From positions 1,302,001 through 1,366,000 of the forward strand of contig JAUFOQ010000017.1 of the NCBI GenBank assembly GCA_040285855.1: a DNA stretch of 64,000 nucleotides, read 5' to 3'. The notes beneath the pieces are model-generated. The model ran no database searches and was not told where the DNA came from. It worked only from the letters and a program-made list of their open reading frames with translations. This stretch comes from Eukaryota sp. GEM-RC1 (taxonomy: Eukaryota). Numbering within the stretch: position 1 is the first letter of the stretch; every line of letters starts with the position of its first letter. This document shows positions 1 through 12,905 of the stretch, one piece after another. A program made the translations under genes and the position numbers.

Positions 1-294
1 CTTGGACTTCTTAATTAATGAACTGATTTTTTTGCTGATTATAATCGGTTTGCCACTGATCTGCAAAAACAGTAATACGAGCTATTGGACTCGTCGACAA
101 TCAGTTGAGACTACTCGTTATCAATTATTTACCCGACATAGCCAACAATACAGTTGCATTTCTTAATAATCGAATTTCGTAACATGTTCAGTGTAGTGAT
201 CAAAAGAATCAATCTGCTGCTGACATTCATGTATTTCAATCTTTCATTGCTATTTGTTCAATCAACCCATTTATTTGAGTTTTTCATATACATT

Positions 295-900
295 TTGGCA
301 GAGTTGGCCTGTTGTGGTAAGATTTCTATCACATGGGAGCTTTCCAGAGCTGTCTAAAATTGCACTCAAAAATTCACAATTGAAAATATTCATAAATAAT
401 CAAAAAATTCAACTCATAAGAATTCAAAATGATTGAGAATCAAATCTCATTGGTGACGTGATAAAATGGGGGTTCTAAGTAATGAGAATTTCTTTCAATA
501 CTAACCTGAACCATTATCAAATTTAAAATATTACAAAAGAAGAGTCAACTACACGGAGATTGACCACCAGCAATACAGGTGACACGTAATCCTTCCCAAA
601 GTCAAGAACCCAATCTTGAAAAGAAGAAGAATAGAGTTGAATCTGATTGATTGGTCTAGTTGAAGCTTTTGAACCCATAGAGTGAGAAGTTGTTGTAAAG
701 TGACCATCATGGTCAGAGGAAAACGTGATCATGATATGAACGGATGATGTAGGATCCAGTTTTCTTTGAAGTGATTGAGAAGTTTGAGTGTCTGAATAGG
801 ACCCCGGGGTGGGGGAGATAGTAGAAGCGCTATCTAACATGAGATCTTCAGGCAAAGCCTGTGGGAAGAACGTAAAATGAGCCATGTTGAAGGAATCAAT
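295..900 (+). repeat. Diverged copy of a dispersed repeat family (other copies at 38.9-39.9, 41.3-41.6, 44.2-45.2, 48.5-49.2 and 53.5-54.3 kb)
   Basis: Reverse-complement similarity to 39720-39870 (ggtcaatctccgtgtagttgac; ttttatcacgtcacca) and to 41330-41580; shares ttgattggtctagttg with the 48.6 kb copy. Boundaries approximate. Confidence 0.7.
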
Positions 901-1794
901 GAAGAAGTAAAACAATATCTTTACAATCCTTCTTAAAGGAAAAGGTCAAAAGCTCGCAAGTCTCTTGTTGACTACTGTAGATAGCCACCGTTTTGAGTTA
1001 TCCTCAAATCGAAGGATATCAATCGTATATGTTTCTTCACCCACATCTTTGATTCTGTTTAACGACTTCAGATCATTCTTCCTTACTCTTACTTCAAGAT
1101 AGGTTAATGGTGGATTTACTAAGGAACTGATCTCGGTCTCTATAACAGCTTTTTTGAAAGATATTTCTCTGGTTGTTTTTGTTCTTTGATGAAATGGTTT
1201 GTCTTTTGAAGCAAAAGTCTCGTACATCTTCTCCTTTCACTTGATCCGTGATCTCAATTATCAGTTACAGGTCCTCTCTTTTGTCTTTTATGTTTGATCC
1301 TTCGCCCTAGTACACCAGCGACAGCATTTGGTCTCACTGCGCCTTTAGTCTCAGTGAGACTATTAATGGTAATCGATTTTCCAAATACGTTCAAAAATGA
1401 TGTACAGTTTAAGTACATTGACATATTTGGGACCAATAAAAGTCGTATATCTATGTGTAAGTAACAGAAACCGACTTTGTACTAATGTTCATTATTTTAT
1501 CCATTTTATTGATCACAAATTTGACAGAAACATGACATTTTCATGAGAATCAACTCTCTGTTGATTTGCAGACAATTATCAACAAGAATTGACTTTACTT
1601 CAATGGATGAGATCATTGGTTAAAATGTGAGGAAAGTGAGGATCCAGATAATGAGGAGGTCTCAACTTGACATCATAAGTGTAGTATCCAGGGGTTTGAA
1701 ATATGACATGTGCCATATTATGTATTGTGTCCAAATCATTTGCCGCCATAATGGCCATAATCAATTACACTTCCCATACTTGGCCATTGTGGAC

Positions 1795-2384
1795 CAGGCT
1801 TCACTAAAGTAGTAAAGTGATAAAGTGACTTTACTTTACTTTACTTTACTTTACTTTAAAATTTCGGAACGGTAAAGTGACAGACCTCAATCTTGTTAAT
1901 TTTGCTTTCTGAGCACAGTAAATAACTCTTTGACACCAAAAGTACACTATTATAGATGTTTTATTGTAGAAACTCACCAAAAACTGGAATGTAAAAATGG
2001 AAAGCGGGCAATGGGTGAGCGCTTAAGAATATATCATTTTCACTATGGATCAACTTGGACCACATCTTCATATGGGTTCACTTCTTCAACTTGGACCACA
2101 TCTTCTTCATTCTCTTCTAGATCTTCATCAGACACTTCTTGGTCATCATCCTCAAATACAAAGACCACTTCCTCTGATGGTTGCCAATCGAAGAACTGAT
2201 TTGAAGGAGCTGTTCGGAAGGAAGGAATGTCATGGAAATCTATTTTCAATTTTCAGGAGAGAATGTATGGGAGAGGAATTGAGATCGGATCCAACTTTAA
2301 TGTCCTTAAAGTAACTTTATTTATCAAAGTAAACTACTTTACTTTACTTTAATTTTGAATTTTCGACTACTTTAGTGAAGCCTG
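1795..2384. mobile_element. Non-autonomous hAT-type element (MITE), 590 bp
   Basis: Perfect 19-bp TIRs caggcttcactaaagtagt (1795-1813) / actactttagtgaagcctg (2366-2384); 8-bp TSD ttgtggac at 1787-1794 and 2385-2392; subterminal (tttac)n repeats. Confidence 0.92.
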
Positions 2385-2397
2385 TTGTGGACCCCAT

Positions 2398-2432
<35 letters not shown>
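2398..2432 (+). repeat. (AAC)n microsatellite
   Basis: About 11 consecutive aac units. Confidence 0.95.
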
Positions 2433-2433
<1 letters not shown>

Positions 2434-3048
2434 ACAGTTTATTTGCAATACAAAATAACAAGGAATCACACCTTAAATAACATACTTCTTACCACTAATT
2501 TATAATAGGGATAAAATTCATTTCTAAAAATGATCCAAAATGTTACCAGATCCACAAATATTCCTCCAAAACATATCGAGATCCACAAGTTGCAGATGTG
2601 GAATTCAGCAGACATGTGCATGTATGTTATCCATTAATAATAATGATAATAGCTAACTTTTTAGAGTTTTCCCTTAATATTTGTATAAATTTATCTTTCC
2701 ATTTCTCATTATGTTTTACTACATGTACATGAGAAATGTTTTCGTGTTCCGAATAAAGATTGCCTGAAGAAGTTAAGCAAGACTAAAATACATTTTTTAT
2801 ACAACAAAGAACATCAGAATTTCATTCTCATCACAGCTGTACACAACTTGATGAGTAAACAGAATATATAGAAGGATTGAATAAAAAACAAAACATAGGA
2901 TTTTTATCAAAAATAAGGAAATGAATTTTATTGTTGTATTGGAGGTGATATTGGGAGATTTCTCAAAATTAAAATATACATTTTTGTTGTTTACTTGTTG
3001 TGTATTTCTCTCCGCACATAAATCTAGATCCGTTGTTTTAAATATACA

Positions 3049-4914
3049 TTACTTCCCAAAGATTCCTTCTCCAACTTGCAAGACAGTCTCCTCAACATCT
3101 ACAAAACTCTCCAATGCTTCCCTCAAAGTTTGCTCAGGGGTAAGATTCTTAACAGTCTCCAAAGTAAAATCCTGAGACAACACTTGCTTCAACAAGGATT
3201 GACTATACCCAGAAACCATTTGAACTCCTTGCTCCTTTCCACTTACAGGGAATCCTGGAGCTGTAGCGTTCAAATTCCAAAAGACAATTCGAGGTAGGGG
3301 ATACCCGGCAGCTTCAAACCTTCCCTTCATTCTCTCATAGAAAGTGGAGTCATCGACAACGAGTTGATCAAACTGGCCGTCAGTAAGGATCAAGATGGTG
3401 AACACGTAATCAGTGGGTACATTAGTGTCAGTCAAAAGCTTCAACAACAACTCACAACAAGCATCAATGTTAGTACTTTCTCCCCAGGAAGATGCCTTGA
3501 CAGCTTTAAAAACGGAGAACACGTCATCATTGGGATCAAATCTAACAACAGAAGGAGTCTCATGGAAAGTAATGAAGTGATTAGGGATGGATGACAACTG
3601 AGAACATAAAACTCCAAGACCAATAGCAATGTCCATGACCTGCGCGGCTGACATTGATCCTGACACATCAATTACTGGAAGAACATGGCGACCATTCTCA
3701 GAGGCAGTGATTACCTTCTCCATTTCATACTTCAAGGTGTTCCACTGGTTGTTGATGAGTTCCTTCTCAGCAGTTGACATTCTAGCTAATCCTAAAGCTC
3801 CTAGGTCCATTTCAGCAAGTTCTTCAGGGGAGAACACGTCTTCAGCATTGAAGGGTATGTCAATATCTTTGAAGATCAGCTTTGCAAGGTTGTGGAGATC
3901 CTGAGCAGCAGCTTTAACACGTTTCGAAGCCATGTACTCCCTGAACTTCTGTCTACAAGTCACACGGTCTTCATCACCAGGATGCCTGTTACCAGTACTA
4001 TCAAACTGATCATCAACTCTTCGTTTGACTAGCTCATTGAGGAAAGCCTTTCGCATCTTAGTCAGAGCTACAGAAGGAACATGTCCAGGGTCAATAGAAC
4101 TGAAGTCCTTCTTACACATCAAGGTTTCCACAGTGTTGAGGTGCTTGTTAAGGCTGGAACACATCACTCTGTACAGCTTCTCGTAGAAGTTCAAGCGCTT
4201 GGAGGTGGCGGGTGGCTGTTTGGAGAAATCGGTACCCCACAGAGCATCAATGATGAAGAATCTGAAGCGATCGTTTGCGTGACCTTGTCTAGGAAGCCAT
4301 TTGCCGGCAAGCGAAAGGCGGATTCCTGCCTTTTGAATCTGTAGCAGTTTCTTCAATTCTTCGAGCAGATCGGAGTGGCTGAGAGTGCTGGGCTCTAAAG
4401 GTTCCAAGAGTGCTTTGAGATCGGATCTTAACTGTGAAGCGTAAACAGAGGCAAGTTGTTCAACGATTTCGGATTTCTTTTCTTCCATATAGATTTGAGC
4501 TAAACGGTTGATGTCGGCGAAAGAACCATATTTAGACACCACAAGTTCAAGAAGCGCAAGACAAGATTTTGGAAAGTGAAAAGAGAGCTTTTGGAAAAGA
4601 AAAGTGAAGCTTAAGCGACATCGTTGTCCAACACCAATAACTGATCGCTGATACATCATGAACTGAAGCAATCTGAGACAAAAGATCTGTTGAGCAGTGT
4701 CTTGGAGAGAGTTTAGATAAGCTACAACATCAGTGAAGGTCTTGTTTATCTGCTCGAGTTGCTGGGCAGGGAAGCTCTTTTTCTTTCTGGCTTCTGGGGA
4801 GAGCATCATGGACTTTTCGAGAGAGAGCAGCAAACAAAACTCTGTCATTTGAGTTGCATCAATGTTGTTGTCTCCATTTTCAGTCTTTCCTTTGGCTTGA
4901 TTGATTTCGTCCAT
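3049..4914 (-). CDS. DUF2828-family protein with C-terminal vWA (MIDAS) domain
   Basis: 621-aa intact ORF with family motifs AGKWLPR, VPSVA, VIDVSGSM (MIDAS DxSxS), FITF, WGESTN, LTDGQFD, PRIVFWNL, SGYS. Confidence 0.85.
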   Translation of the reverse strand: MDEINQAKGKTENGDNNIDATQMTEFCLLLSLEKSMMLSPEARKKKSFPAQQLEQINKTFTDVVAYLNSLQDTAQQIFCLRLLQFMMYQRSVIGVGQRCRLSFTFLFQKLSFHFPKSCLALLELVVSKYGSFADINRLAQIYMEEKKSEIVEQLASVYASQLRSDLKALLEPLEPSTLSHSDLLEELKKLLQIQKAGIRLSLAGKWLPRQGHANDRFRFFIIDALWGTDFSKQPPATSKRLNFYEKLYRVMCSSLNKHLNTVETLMCKKDFSSIDPGHVPSVALTKMRKAFLNELVKRRVDDQFDSTGNRHPGDEDRVTCRQKFREYMASKRVKAAAQDLHNLAKLIFKDIDIPFNAEDVFSPEELAEMDLGALGLARMSTAEKELINNQWNTLKYEMEKVITASENGRHVLPVIDVSGSMSAAQVMDIAIGLGVLCSQLSSIPNHFITFHETPSVVRFDPNDDVFSVFKAVKASSWGESTNIDACCELLLKLLTDTNVPTDYVFTILILTDGQFDQLVVDDSTFYERMKGRFEAAGYPLPRIVFWNLNATAPGFPVSGKEQGVQMVSGYSQSLLKQVLSQDFTLETVKNLTPEQTLREALESFVDVEETVLQVGEGIFGK

Positions 4915-5734
4915 TGTGTTCAGAGATGAAAGTTTTTGAAAAACAATTTTTGAATTGTACTTCCCACGAAATTTGTTTTGGACACGTGTTTATCGTATCT
5001 TTTGCTTTCACTAGTATCCGTCTGAGTTGCTTTGGAGTAATTGTTACTGTTGGGTCTTTCACCTTTACGTTAGCAATACACAGAAACACGAGTCTCTTTA
5101 CGATTACTCCCTTTCTGTATTTTATTGTTCAAAAGACAACTACCAATCAACTGTATTCACAACAAGAGCCAACCAATCACGGACTTCTAATTAGGGTCTT
5201 CTTTTGTTCAGTTGACTACAAATTCATGCACATAATTGATTTACCCACATCAATTTCATGTACATGAAATTGTTTAAAACAGAACCGCCCTCGACATAGT
5301 GTGTACGGAAAGTGGTACACTTTATCTAGGGCAGACTGTATATAAGTGGAGTTGAATTGCCTTCCATACTTTGTATAGAATTCTCACAATTCTAGTTAAC
5401 TGGTTTATTTGAATATTACTCAAATGTGTAAATTTCTGGATTTCATTGTTTGTTTGTTTGTTTTTTCGAACTCATATCTCTGTAAAAAGGTAACATTTTT
5501 GGGTACCGATCTGTAAACTTTTTTCTCTTTCAGACTACTACGAATTTTACTACCACTGTAGATAACAACATTGCTCATCTGTTGGTGGATTGTTGAAAGA
5601 ATGTAATATTTGAATGGTTAAAATTCTGAAGTAAGAGTGTTTTTCCATAAAAACACCAATGTATACGTCGATGTTGGAAACACTAAGTTCTGCTATTCCA
5701 GGTTAAAAACATCAAAGATGACATTTATTGATGG

Positions 5735-6440
5735 CCGTACAATTTGCCATGTGAACTTCAATGTAGCTGTGGAAAACAATTAACGTTTTCTCATTTGTTA
5801 AGTTGTAACCGTTACACAACTTATCGAGCGTGTATGCATGATGCTGTAAGAGATCAAATACATGCTATGTGTAAGTCCTACAAAATCGAATCTATCGTTG
5901 TACCACTGTTGAAATCACTGGAAATCAATAATTCAAAAAATAGTGATTCTGATAACACTTTTGGATGTCATAGTTCCATCAGTCAATAATGAACTAACGG
6001 TTTTAGATGTGATTACTGTGGATGTTTGCAAAAAAAGTGCATTTAAGGATGCTAAAATGAAGTGTCTCCACTTGATTTTTCAGAACACCAAGAGAAACAA
6101 ATATGATGTACCATTGACTGCTCTCAAACATACTGAGTACAAATTATGTCCTTTTGCGAGTTCAATTTATGGTCGACTTGGTAAAGATTCTCTCTGTTTT
6201 TTCTGTGATTTTAAGAAAGTTGTCAAAAGCAGAAAGAAATTTGAATTTAAGTTTTGGTTGAATCGTATTGTCTTTATAATATTTACAACAATTCCCATTA
6301 TGATTTCAAAAGCTGATTTCTTTAGCTCTTAGTGTTTTTATGAAGAAAAAGCTGATGTGAGTTTTAATGGCAATGATTGTTGCTTTAATGATATTGAGTT
6401 CCAGTATTTGTGTTTATCTTACTGTTTTTGTTCCACAAAT
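5735..6440 (+). mobile_element. 5'-truncated 3' end of RLE-type (CRE-like) non-LTR retrotransposon
   Basis: CxC..HLLSC..HDAVRD zinc motif and RLE motifs (DVIVP, DVITVD, KRNKY, PFASSIYGRLG); high similarity to 13865-14600. Confidence 0.85.
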
Positions 6441-7036
6441 ACAATTAAAGATAGGGTTTTTCAAAAAAATAGTTGTATAAGCACTGTGGTACTGTTGACC
6501 AGCACTTTTCTGTCTCTATCGATAGTGTTTCAGAGCTTAATTTATGATATGTACTTTTGCCGCCTTCATCTATAAACAATTTAATGTACTGTATATACTT
6601 TGTTTATCTATCAATTAACACATGAAATTAATACATATATTTCTATCTCGATTTACGATACTTTATTCGTACCTTCTCAACAATACAACATCCTTCTCAC
6701 TGATGTAACAGAAATTGATATGACTGAAGCTTGACTCCAAGTTTTGGAACGTTTCTGCATTGTCACCATATACCATTTCCATTGAAAAAGTTCTCTTTTA
6801 TCATATTTTGAGACTTTACATCAATTTGACGTGAAACAATCTCATGATGCTTCCGCTCGAGCCTGTGATTATTATAACAAGGTTGCTGATCAAATCAAAC
6901 TTAGAGTTATATTCCGCCAACAATTGTATTCCGATAATTTTGGTGAAAATTGACCGGAATGGCTTCCCATTTTTGGAAAAAATGCACTCTTTGTAGTTGA
7001 CAAAGGAGAATTCGAGTGCATGGAACTTCTGTCAAC

Positions 7037-8393
7037 CAGGGCTTTCCATTATTGGTATTGCAATATATTGGTATTAATATTCGACCTTCAATAAATTATT
7101 GGTGTTGATCAATATATTGCAATATATTGATTTGAGATGACGATACGAATTATCAGTGTAATTCACAGTATCATTCTTCTGAGTTCATAGATAGATATGT
7201 TCTGTATTGAAAAACTTAATAACCAACTTCAATAGTTAACAAAATAATACACTAATAACACCCAATAAGGGAACCTTCCTACAAAACTATGAAATTGTAA
7301 AAACAAACCAGTAATAATACACTAATCTATCTCTACTACTTCTTGGTTATCTTCTTTTATACGAGTTTTAATTTTTTCAATCGATCAATGTCCCTGATAG
7401 AGTGTACATTCCATAAATTGTTGTTAATTCGAATGATAAACTCCATATTAAAATCCTTCTTTGAAAGACTGTGTCTAGAAAATCCAATAGCGAGTTTAGC
7501 CAAGTTGCTGCAGTTATGACAGTTTCGTAATCAAGGTGCTTCTACCGCACAAGATTGACACAAGATTGGTCCAGTCATAGCCTTCAGTTTTCGTGTGCTC
7601 AACATCACAACTCATGCAGACACATGTACACTTCCGTTTTTCTGATGGTGGAAGGGAGAGAAAATCATCAACTCTCTCCTTCAGCATGAAGTAGAACATG
7701 GATTTGTTCTTGGTGAAAGTCATTAACAAGATCAGTAGAGTAGACTTAGGAAATTAAAACAAATTGACAACAATGTTATGCGTTTATACAATGGCAAGTA
7801 TCAGTTCCGTTTGCATTTTGTTGATAACCACAGGTCATGTTTTTAGAGTTGTTGCTCAACTGAGAGTAATTCTACTGATGCGCGACCTGCAATCACGCAA
7901 CCAGTCGTATCAATATGTTTCAATATATTGAAATATATTGGTATTGATTTTGGACGATCAATAAATCAGTGATAGAGTATTTATTGCAAGTGTCTAAGTA
8001 CGGACATCAAATTGCTGCATTGAATTCACGAAGACACAATAATATCGTCTTTCAGCCTTTTGCAGTTTCATTGTACGGAAAGTTCGGTTTTTCTACCAAG
8101 GAGTTTTAAAATTATTTTAAAATTTGTGTTCAGAATTTGGCAAGAAGTTTAACAGATCGTACTGGAAGAGTAAATTTGCTTTTTCGATTTTTAGGTCTAT
8201 GTATAGATATGTTGATTCCATTTTGTCCAAGTTGTTTGGAGGCACCTACTTTTCGAAATTAGGTAGTTCGTTTGATAATTTGTTTTAATAGTGTTTATTT
8301 ATTTGTTGTTTTCTTATTATGTGTTTTTCTCCGCATATAAATCCGTTTTTTTATTGCAATATATTTAGATAAAGATATTTATAAAAAACTCTG
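7037..8393. mobile_element. Degenerate hAT-type element containing a nested LINE fragment
   Basis: 8-bp TSD ctgtcaac at 7029-7036 and 8394-8401; imperfect TIRs cagggcttt / aaaactctg; subterminal caatatattg repeats at both ends; SCDVE fragment on minus strand resembles the hAT dimerisation motif. Confidence 0.75.
7990..8349 (+). mobile_element. 3' fragment of a second RLE-type LINE subfamily nested in the hAT element
   Basis: Encodes YRLSAFCS/PFAVSLYGKFG-type RLE C-terminus; tail resembles 2980-3025; flanked by direct repeat tttattgcaa (7980-7989, 8350-8359). Confidence 0.6.
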
Positions 8394-10160
8394 CTGTCAA
8401 CCACTTTAAAAACGGTGAACAAATCTACTAATTTTGTTGAGAAACTTGTACGTGCTAAACACACCGAAGAATTTAATATATTTGAATTTAAACACATGTT
8501 TGGCACAACTGTTTGTGAAGAATCTGTCAACTGTCAATCTGCAATGAATGATCGACGTAAGCTAAACAGCAGTGTGTCATTTTCTACTTCTCACAAATGA
8601 AGAGACAAATGTTTGAAGGTGCTGAATCTGTTCGAGCTGTTTTTAGAGGTTTTGTATTTATTGAACCATCATTTACAAGGACGCATCTGTTCACCGTGGC
8701 AGAACTATTGCTGAATTTGATGGTATTGCTAGAAATTTGGATTTAGATTATGGTAACTCAGAAAAGTATTCAGTTTTAAGAATGATGTTTTTAAAAAGAA
8801 AACTGAAGGAACGTTAATTAATCGACCCCTACCTTCCCTGTCAACATTGACGAAATCGAATCATTGTTGGAGGTTTTTGTGACAGAATCTGATTTTGAAT
8901 GTGCGAGACAATTGATACTCGACGATTGATTGCAGAAGATATGTTGATCCAAAGTTCAAAGTAACCTTTTGTTCAGTGAATTTCATTTGAAATGCATTTT
9001 CACAATCATTCTCACAACTTCAACACAAAACTTTTTCTTACAATATGACGTCTGTCTTTTGACAACTTATCTCTGTCAACAATCCCTGACGCGACGTCGT
9101 AACACTATCATTGTTCTACTGTATGTCCAGTCACAAAACCAACCGGAGGGAATACGTTCCGTCGATTAAACGGACTAGGAAATCTTGTATTCCCCAGACT
9201 TCTGTTGGAATCCTGCAATCTTAAAAGAGTTCTTTATGCTCCACTTTGAAGCTGTAAGTGAAGCTTCGGAAACACTCTCCCACCGAGCAAGTGATTTCCA
9301 GTTCCAGTTTTCCTATGGAGGCGGATGGAACTATGGCAGAATTGAAGCAAGAACTCTCAAGAAATGGATAACTGCTGTCACAGCAAGAAAAGAATCAGCT
9401 TTTTCCATAAAAAGTGAAATTAAAAATTACCACTGTGAAATTCTGAATGGTGAAAAATTGCTTCCCTCCATCGAATAGAACTACACCGTAAACAACATTT
9501 AAAACATCTCTGCACAATTTTAAATTTAAAGATGAACTAAACAAGAAGAGGCCGTTAGTAACAATTAAAGGCAAATATTGGAATTATTAGTATCCAAAAT
9601 TTCAAAAATACATATTCACGAATCGATTGTCCAAAAATCCAGTGATCACATATTCAATAAAATTCGTCAGTGATAACTCCCAGTGTTGGAATTTAGAGTT
9701 CAAACGAGAACGTCAAATCATTACAACATGTGATCAGTCGATTGAAGAAATTTCAAGAAGAAAACGTCAGCAACCAGAAGAGATCACAGACACGACAAAT
9801 GATTCAGAGACAACATATCGCATGATAGTAATATGAACTGATCATCTTGGAAAAAGAGGAAAGAGTGTGATCACGTGACCAAATCAGTCCATGATACTCT
9901 GTTGTAGAGAAAAGCATATCAGAAATGGAGGATGTAAAAGATACCCAGGAAATCCAAACAATACAGTCTTTCTATAAGAGAATTCTTGGAAAGAAGAAGA
10001 ATGAGTACACCAACCAACTTGGTCTTAGTATTCTGTTGTTGATTAGTTTTCTGTTGTTAGAGAAAGAAGATTCTACATGTAGTTGGAATCTAGAATCGTT
10101 GACTTAGAAATGAAGAGGCTGGATGTGGATCTAGATTCTTGAACCACTTCACACACCCTT

Positions 10161-11498
10161 ATGTCACGCACTCCCACTCCGTCCATGTCAATATCTCAAT
10201 CTGCCACGGAGACATTGGCAAACATCAACCGCGACCACTTACTAACAAACCAAACATTGTCTTTTGGAGGACAATCAATTAATGTCAACAAGTCTGTTAT
10301 AGCGGCAAACTCTCGCCACTTCCGCAATCTTTGGTTTGCGAGCCAAAACGTCAAAGCAGAGAACCCACTGGATCTCTCTGATCTCGATATCGATGGAACT
10401 TCCTTCTTCGACTTCGTACGGTCCCTCTGTGGCATCGAGGTTAACGTCACTGACACCAATGCCTACCAACTATATTACCTCGCCTACCGTTTTCAGGTAT
10501 CTAACATGATCAATAAGTTGGAGTCGCTGCTTCCCATCTGCTTCAAAGACTGGACCTTCTTCAAGAAGTTCCTTCTCGAGGTTGATGACAGAAAGGACTT
10601 TGATGCCTTGGAGTTCCTTGGAATACACATTGACAGTGTACGTGACATCTCCCTAGATGACATCCCTCACTTACGCACTCAAACCTTAATGCTGATTGCC
10701 AAACATTGTCGTTCCAATCAAGCTCAGGCATGGTTCATAAAGTGTGTTGTTGAGCTTTATCACGTGGAGGAAATCACTGTGACAAAGTTCTCTGATCTAT
10801 TGGATTTGGCAACTATTAAAGCATTGTCTTTTCAAGAGTGGGAGCTGTATCTTTTCCATCCATTGGAAAAGTTTGCAGAGCTAAAGACGTTTTTAATGGA
10901 ATTTCATTTTAGCAAAATGAAGAAGCATATTTATGATGAGCTGTTATTAGAGAATCAACAGCTTAAATCCATGTTACACACGCAATCACCTCCTCCCGTA
11001 GTAGGAAAGTCACGACGTCATCAAGCAATGTCAGGGTCACTCCCTCCATTGAAACAATCAAAATCAGAGCGATCAAGTTCAGTAGAAGTTCATGATATAT
11101 TGTTCTCAAACGTGTTGATTCACCCAGATCTTCAAGTCAGCGATAACCAAAAGAAAGCTTTCTTCTGCAATAGTTCTGGAAGTAAACACTTACTAGGAGC
11201 TGAGCCCTTATCTCCAGGTTATGTCTACAAATGGAGGATGGCGTCATCAACCCATTTGAGTGGTATAGCTATGGGGGTCATTGAGAGGTCGCTGTTCGAT
11301 GCTGATGATCGTAATTGCTCGAGGGATGCGCATTGCTATGGAGCTGAAGGACATAAGAATGGGTGTTTGAAGGGGAATTGTAGTAAGTGGAAAAGAGGGA
11401 CTGTGATTGGAATCACGGTTGATTTGATTGAGTATACATTAGTGATTAGGTCGGTTAATAACCGAACAATCAGTCTTTTGGTCACTTGCCTAGATTGA
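10161..11498 (+). CDS. BTB/POZ-domain protein with C-terminal SPRY-like beta domain
   Basis: N-terminal VNKSVIAANSRHFRNLW ... TDTNAYQLYYLAYRFQV (BTB); C-terminal YKWR..GIAMGVI..GTVIGITVDL (SPRY-like). The extreme C-terminus may be frameshifted. Confidence 0.8.
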   Translation: MSRTPTPSMSISQSATETLANINRDHLLTNQTLSFGGQSINVNKSVIAANSRHFRNLWFASQNVKAENPLDLSDLDIDGTSFFDFVRSLCGIEVNVTDTNAYQLYYLAYRFQVSNMINKLESLLPICFKDWTFFKKFLLEVDDRKDFDALEFLGIHIDSVRDISLDDIPHLRTQTLMLIAKHCRSNQAQAWFIKCVVELYHVEEITVTKFSDLLDLATIKALSFQEWELYLFHPLEKFAELKTFLMEFHFSKMKKHIYDELLLENQQLKSMLHTQSPPPVVGKSRRHQAMSGSLPPLKQSKSERSSSVEVHDILFSNVLIHPDLQVSDNQKKAFFCNSSGSKHLLGAEPLSPGYVYKWRMASSTHLSGIAMGVIERSLFDADDRNCSRDAHCYGAEGHKNGCLKGNCSKWKRGTVIGITVDLIEYTLVIRSVNNRTISLLVTCLD

Positions 11499-11989
11499 AA
11501 GGCGATGATCTGTATTATCCTTTTTCCGACTTTGTGTTCGAGGGCAATCTTTAGAAATTCAATGATTGTGATGTTTAGTTTTATATGTATTATTGACTAC
11601 TTTCAATAGTTGTCTATAGCAAGAGGATTCTTTCTGTAGATTCTCTTTTAGTGTGTTTAATTCAAATTATTTATATTTAATTATGACGTGCTTTTGTTTA
11701 ATTTAGTACATGCATCTGTAATCTCAGTCTAATCTTTATGTTTTGCGTACGTCATCAATCTTTCATGAGAACAACTGTTTAGCACTATTTGTTCAAAAAT
11801 TATGAAACTTCCTGTCTGCTTTGACATTGACACATGAAATTAAGAATAATTTCCCAGTGTATATCTGTCGGTATAAAGGAACATTCGACCAATAATTACA
11901 GTTTTGAGGTTTCAGTGGAATAAGACAAAGAAGGATGAAAACCGAAAAACTGGTTTTGAAGGAACATGTACAAACATTCAAGAATATTG

Positions 11990-12735
11990 CGAAAAATCAA
12001 TCTCTCTTTGGTAAAAGAAGAGCTGATGTCATAGTTCCATCAGTCAATGATGAACTAACGGTTGTTGATGTGAGTACTGTGGATGTTAAAAATAACGCCT
12101 TTTATTTACTCTTACAAATACAAACTATTATCAATATTAACAAATGAGATACAAATACCTCTATATCATCTCAAATTCATGTCTCAATGTAAAGAGACGG
12201 TTCAAAATCGAATCAAAATACCTAAACAGTGCTTTGAAAAGAAAAACGACAACCTTCTTCTCCAGTAACTTTCATTAAAATTTTTGTGAATGTTTGCAAA
12301 TAAAAGTGCATTCAAGAATGCTAAAAATGAAGTTTCTCCACTGGATTTTTCAGAACAATATAAGAGAAACAAATAAGATGTACCATTGACTGCTCTCTAA
12401 CATGCTAGACGTGTTGAATACAAATGGTGTCCGTTTGCAATTTCAATTTATGGTCGGCTTGATAAAGATGCTGTTTGTTTTCTCTTTGTTTTCTCTCTGA
12501 TTTTGAGAAAGATGTCAAAAAGAATTAACAAGAAATTTGATTTCAAGTTTTGGTTGAATCGGATTGTTTTTACGATATTTAAAACAATTCCTATCATGAT
12601 TTCGAAAGCTCTATTAGCTTCAGTATATTTTATGAAGAAAAAGCTGATGTGAGTTTTAATGGCAATGATTGTTGCTTTTATGATATTGAGTTCTAGTATT
12701 TGTGTCTATTTTAGTGTTTTTGTTCCATAAAGGAT
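11990..12735 (+). mobile_element. Interrupted 3' fragment of RLE-type LINE
   Basis: FGKRRADVIVPSVNDELTVVDV; 12290-12735 is a near reverse complement of 13865-14300. Confidence 0.85.
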
Positions 12736-12905
12736 TTTGAACTGAAAGAATCAATCGTAACTGTCCCACTTTAGAGCAATATATGACAGACATGAATAAC
12801 ATCTTGAGTAAATCCCACCTACTGTAGTAATTGGGACTTTTACAGTGACTTATTTTACAGTGAATACTAGAAATCAATCAAACAGGTCCACTTTTTTGAC
12901 CTAAA

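Noticed and set aside
3076..4344. Several short + strand ORFs
   Set aside because: Antisense shadows of the DUF2828 gene. The same applies to most short ORFs overlapping long CDSs in the track.
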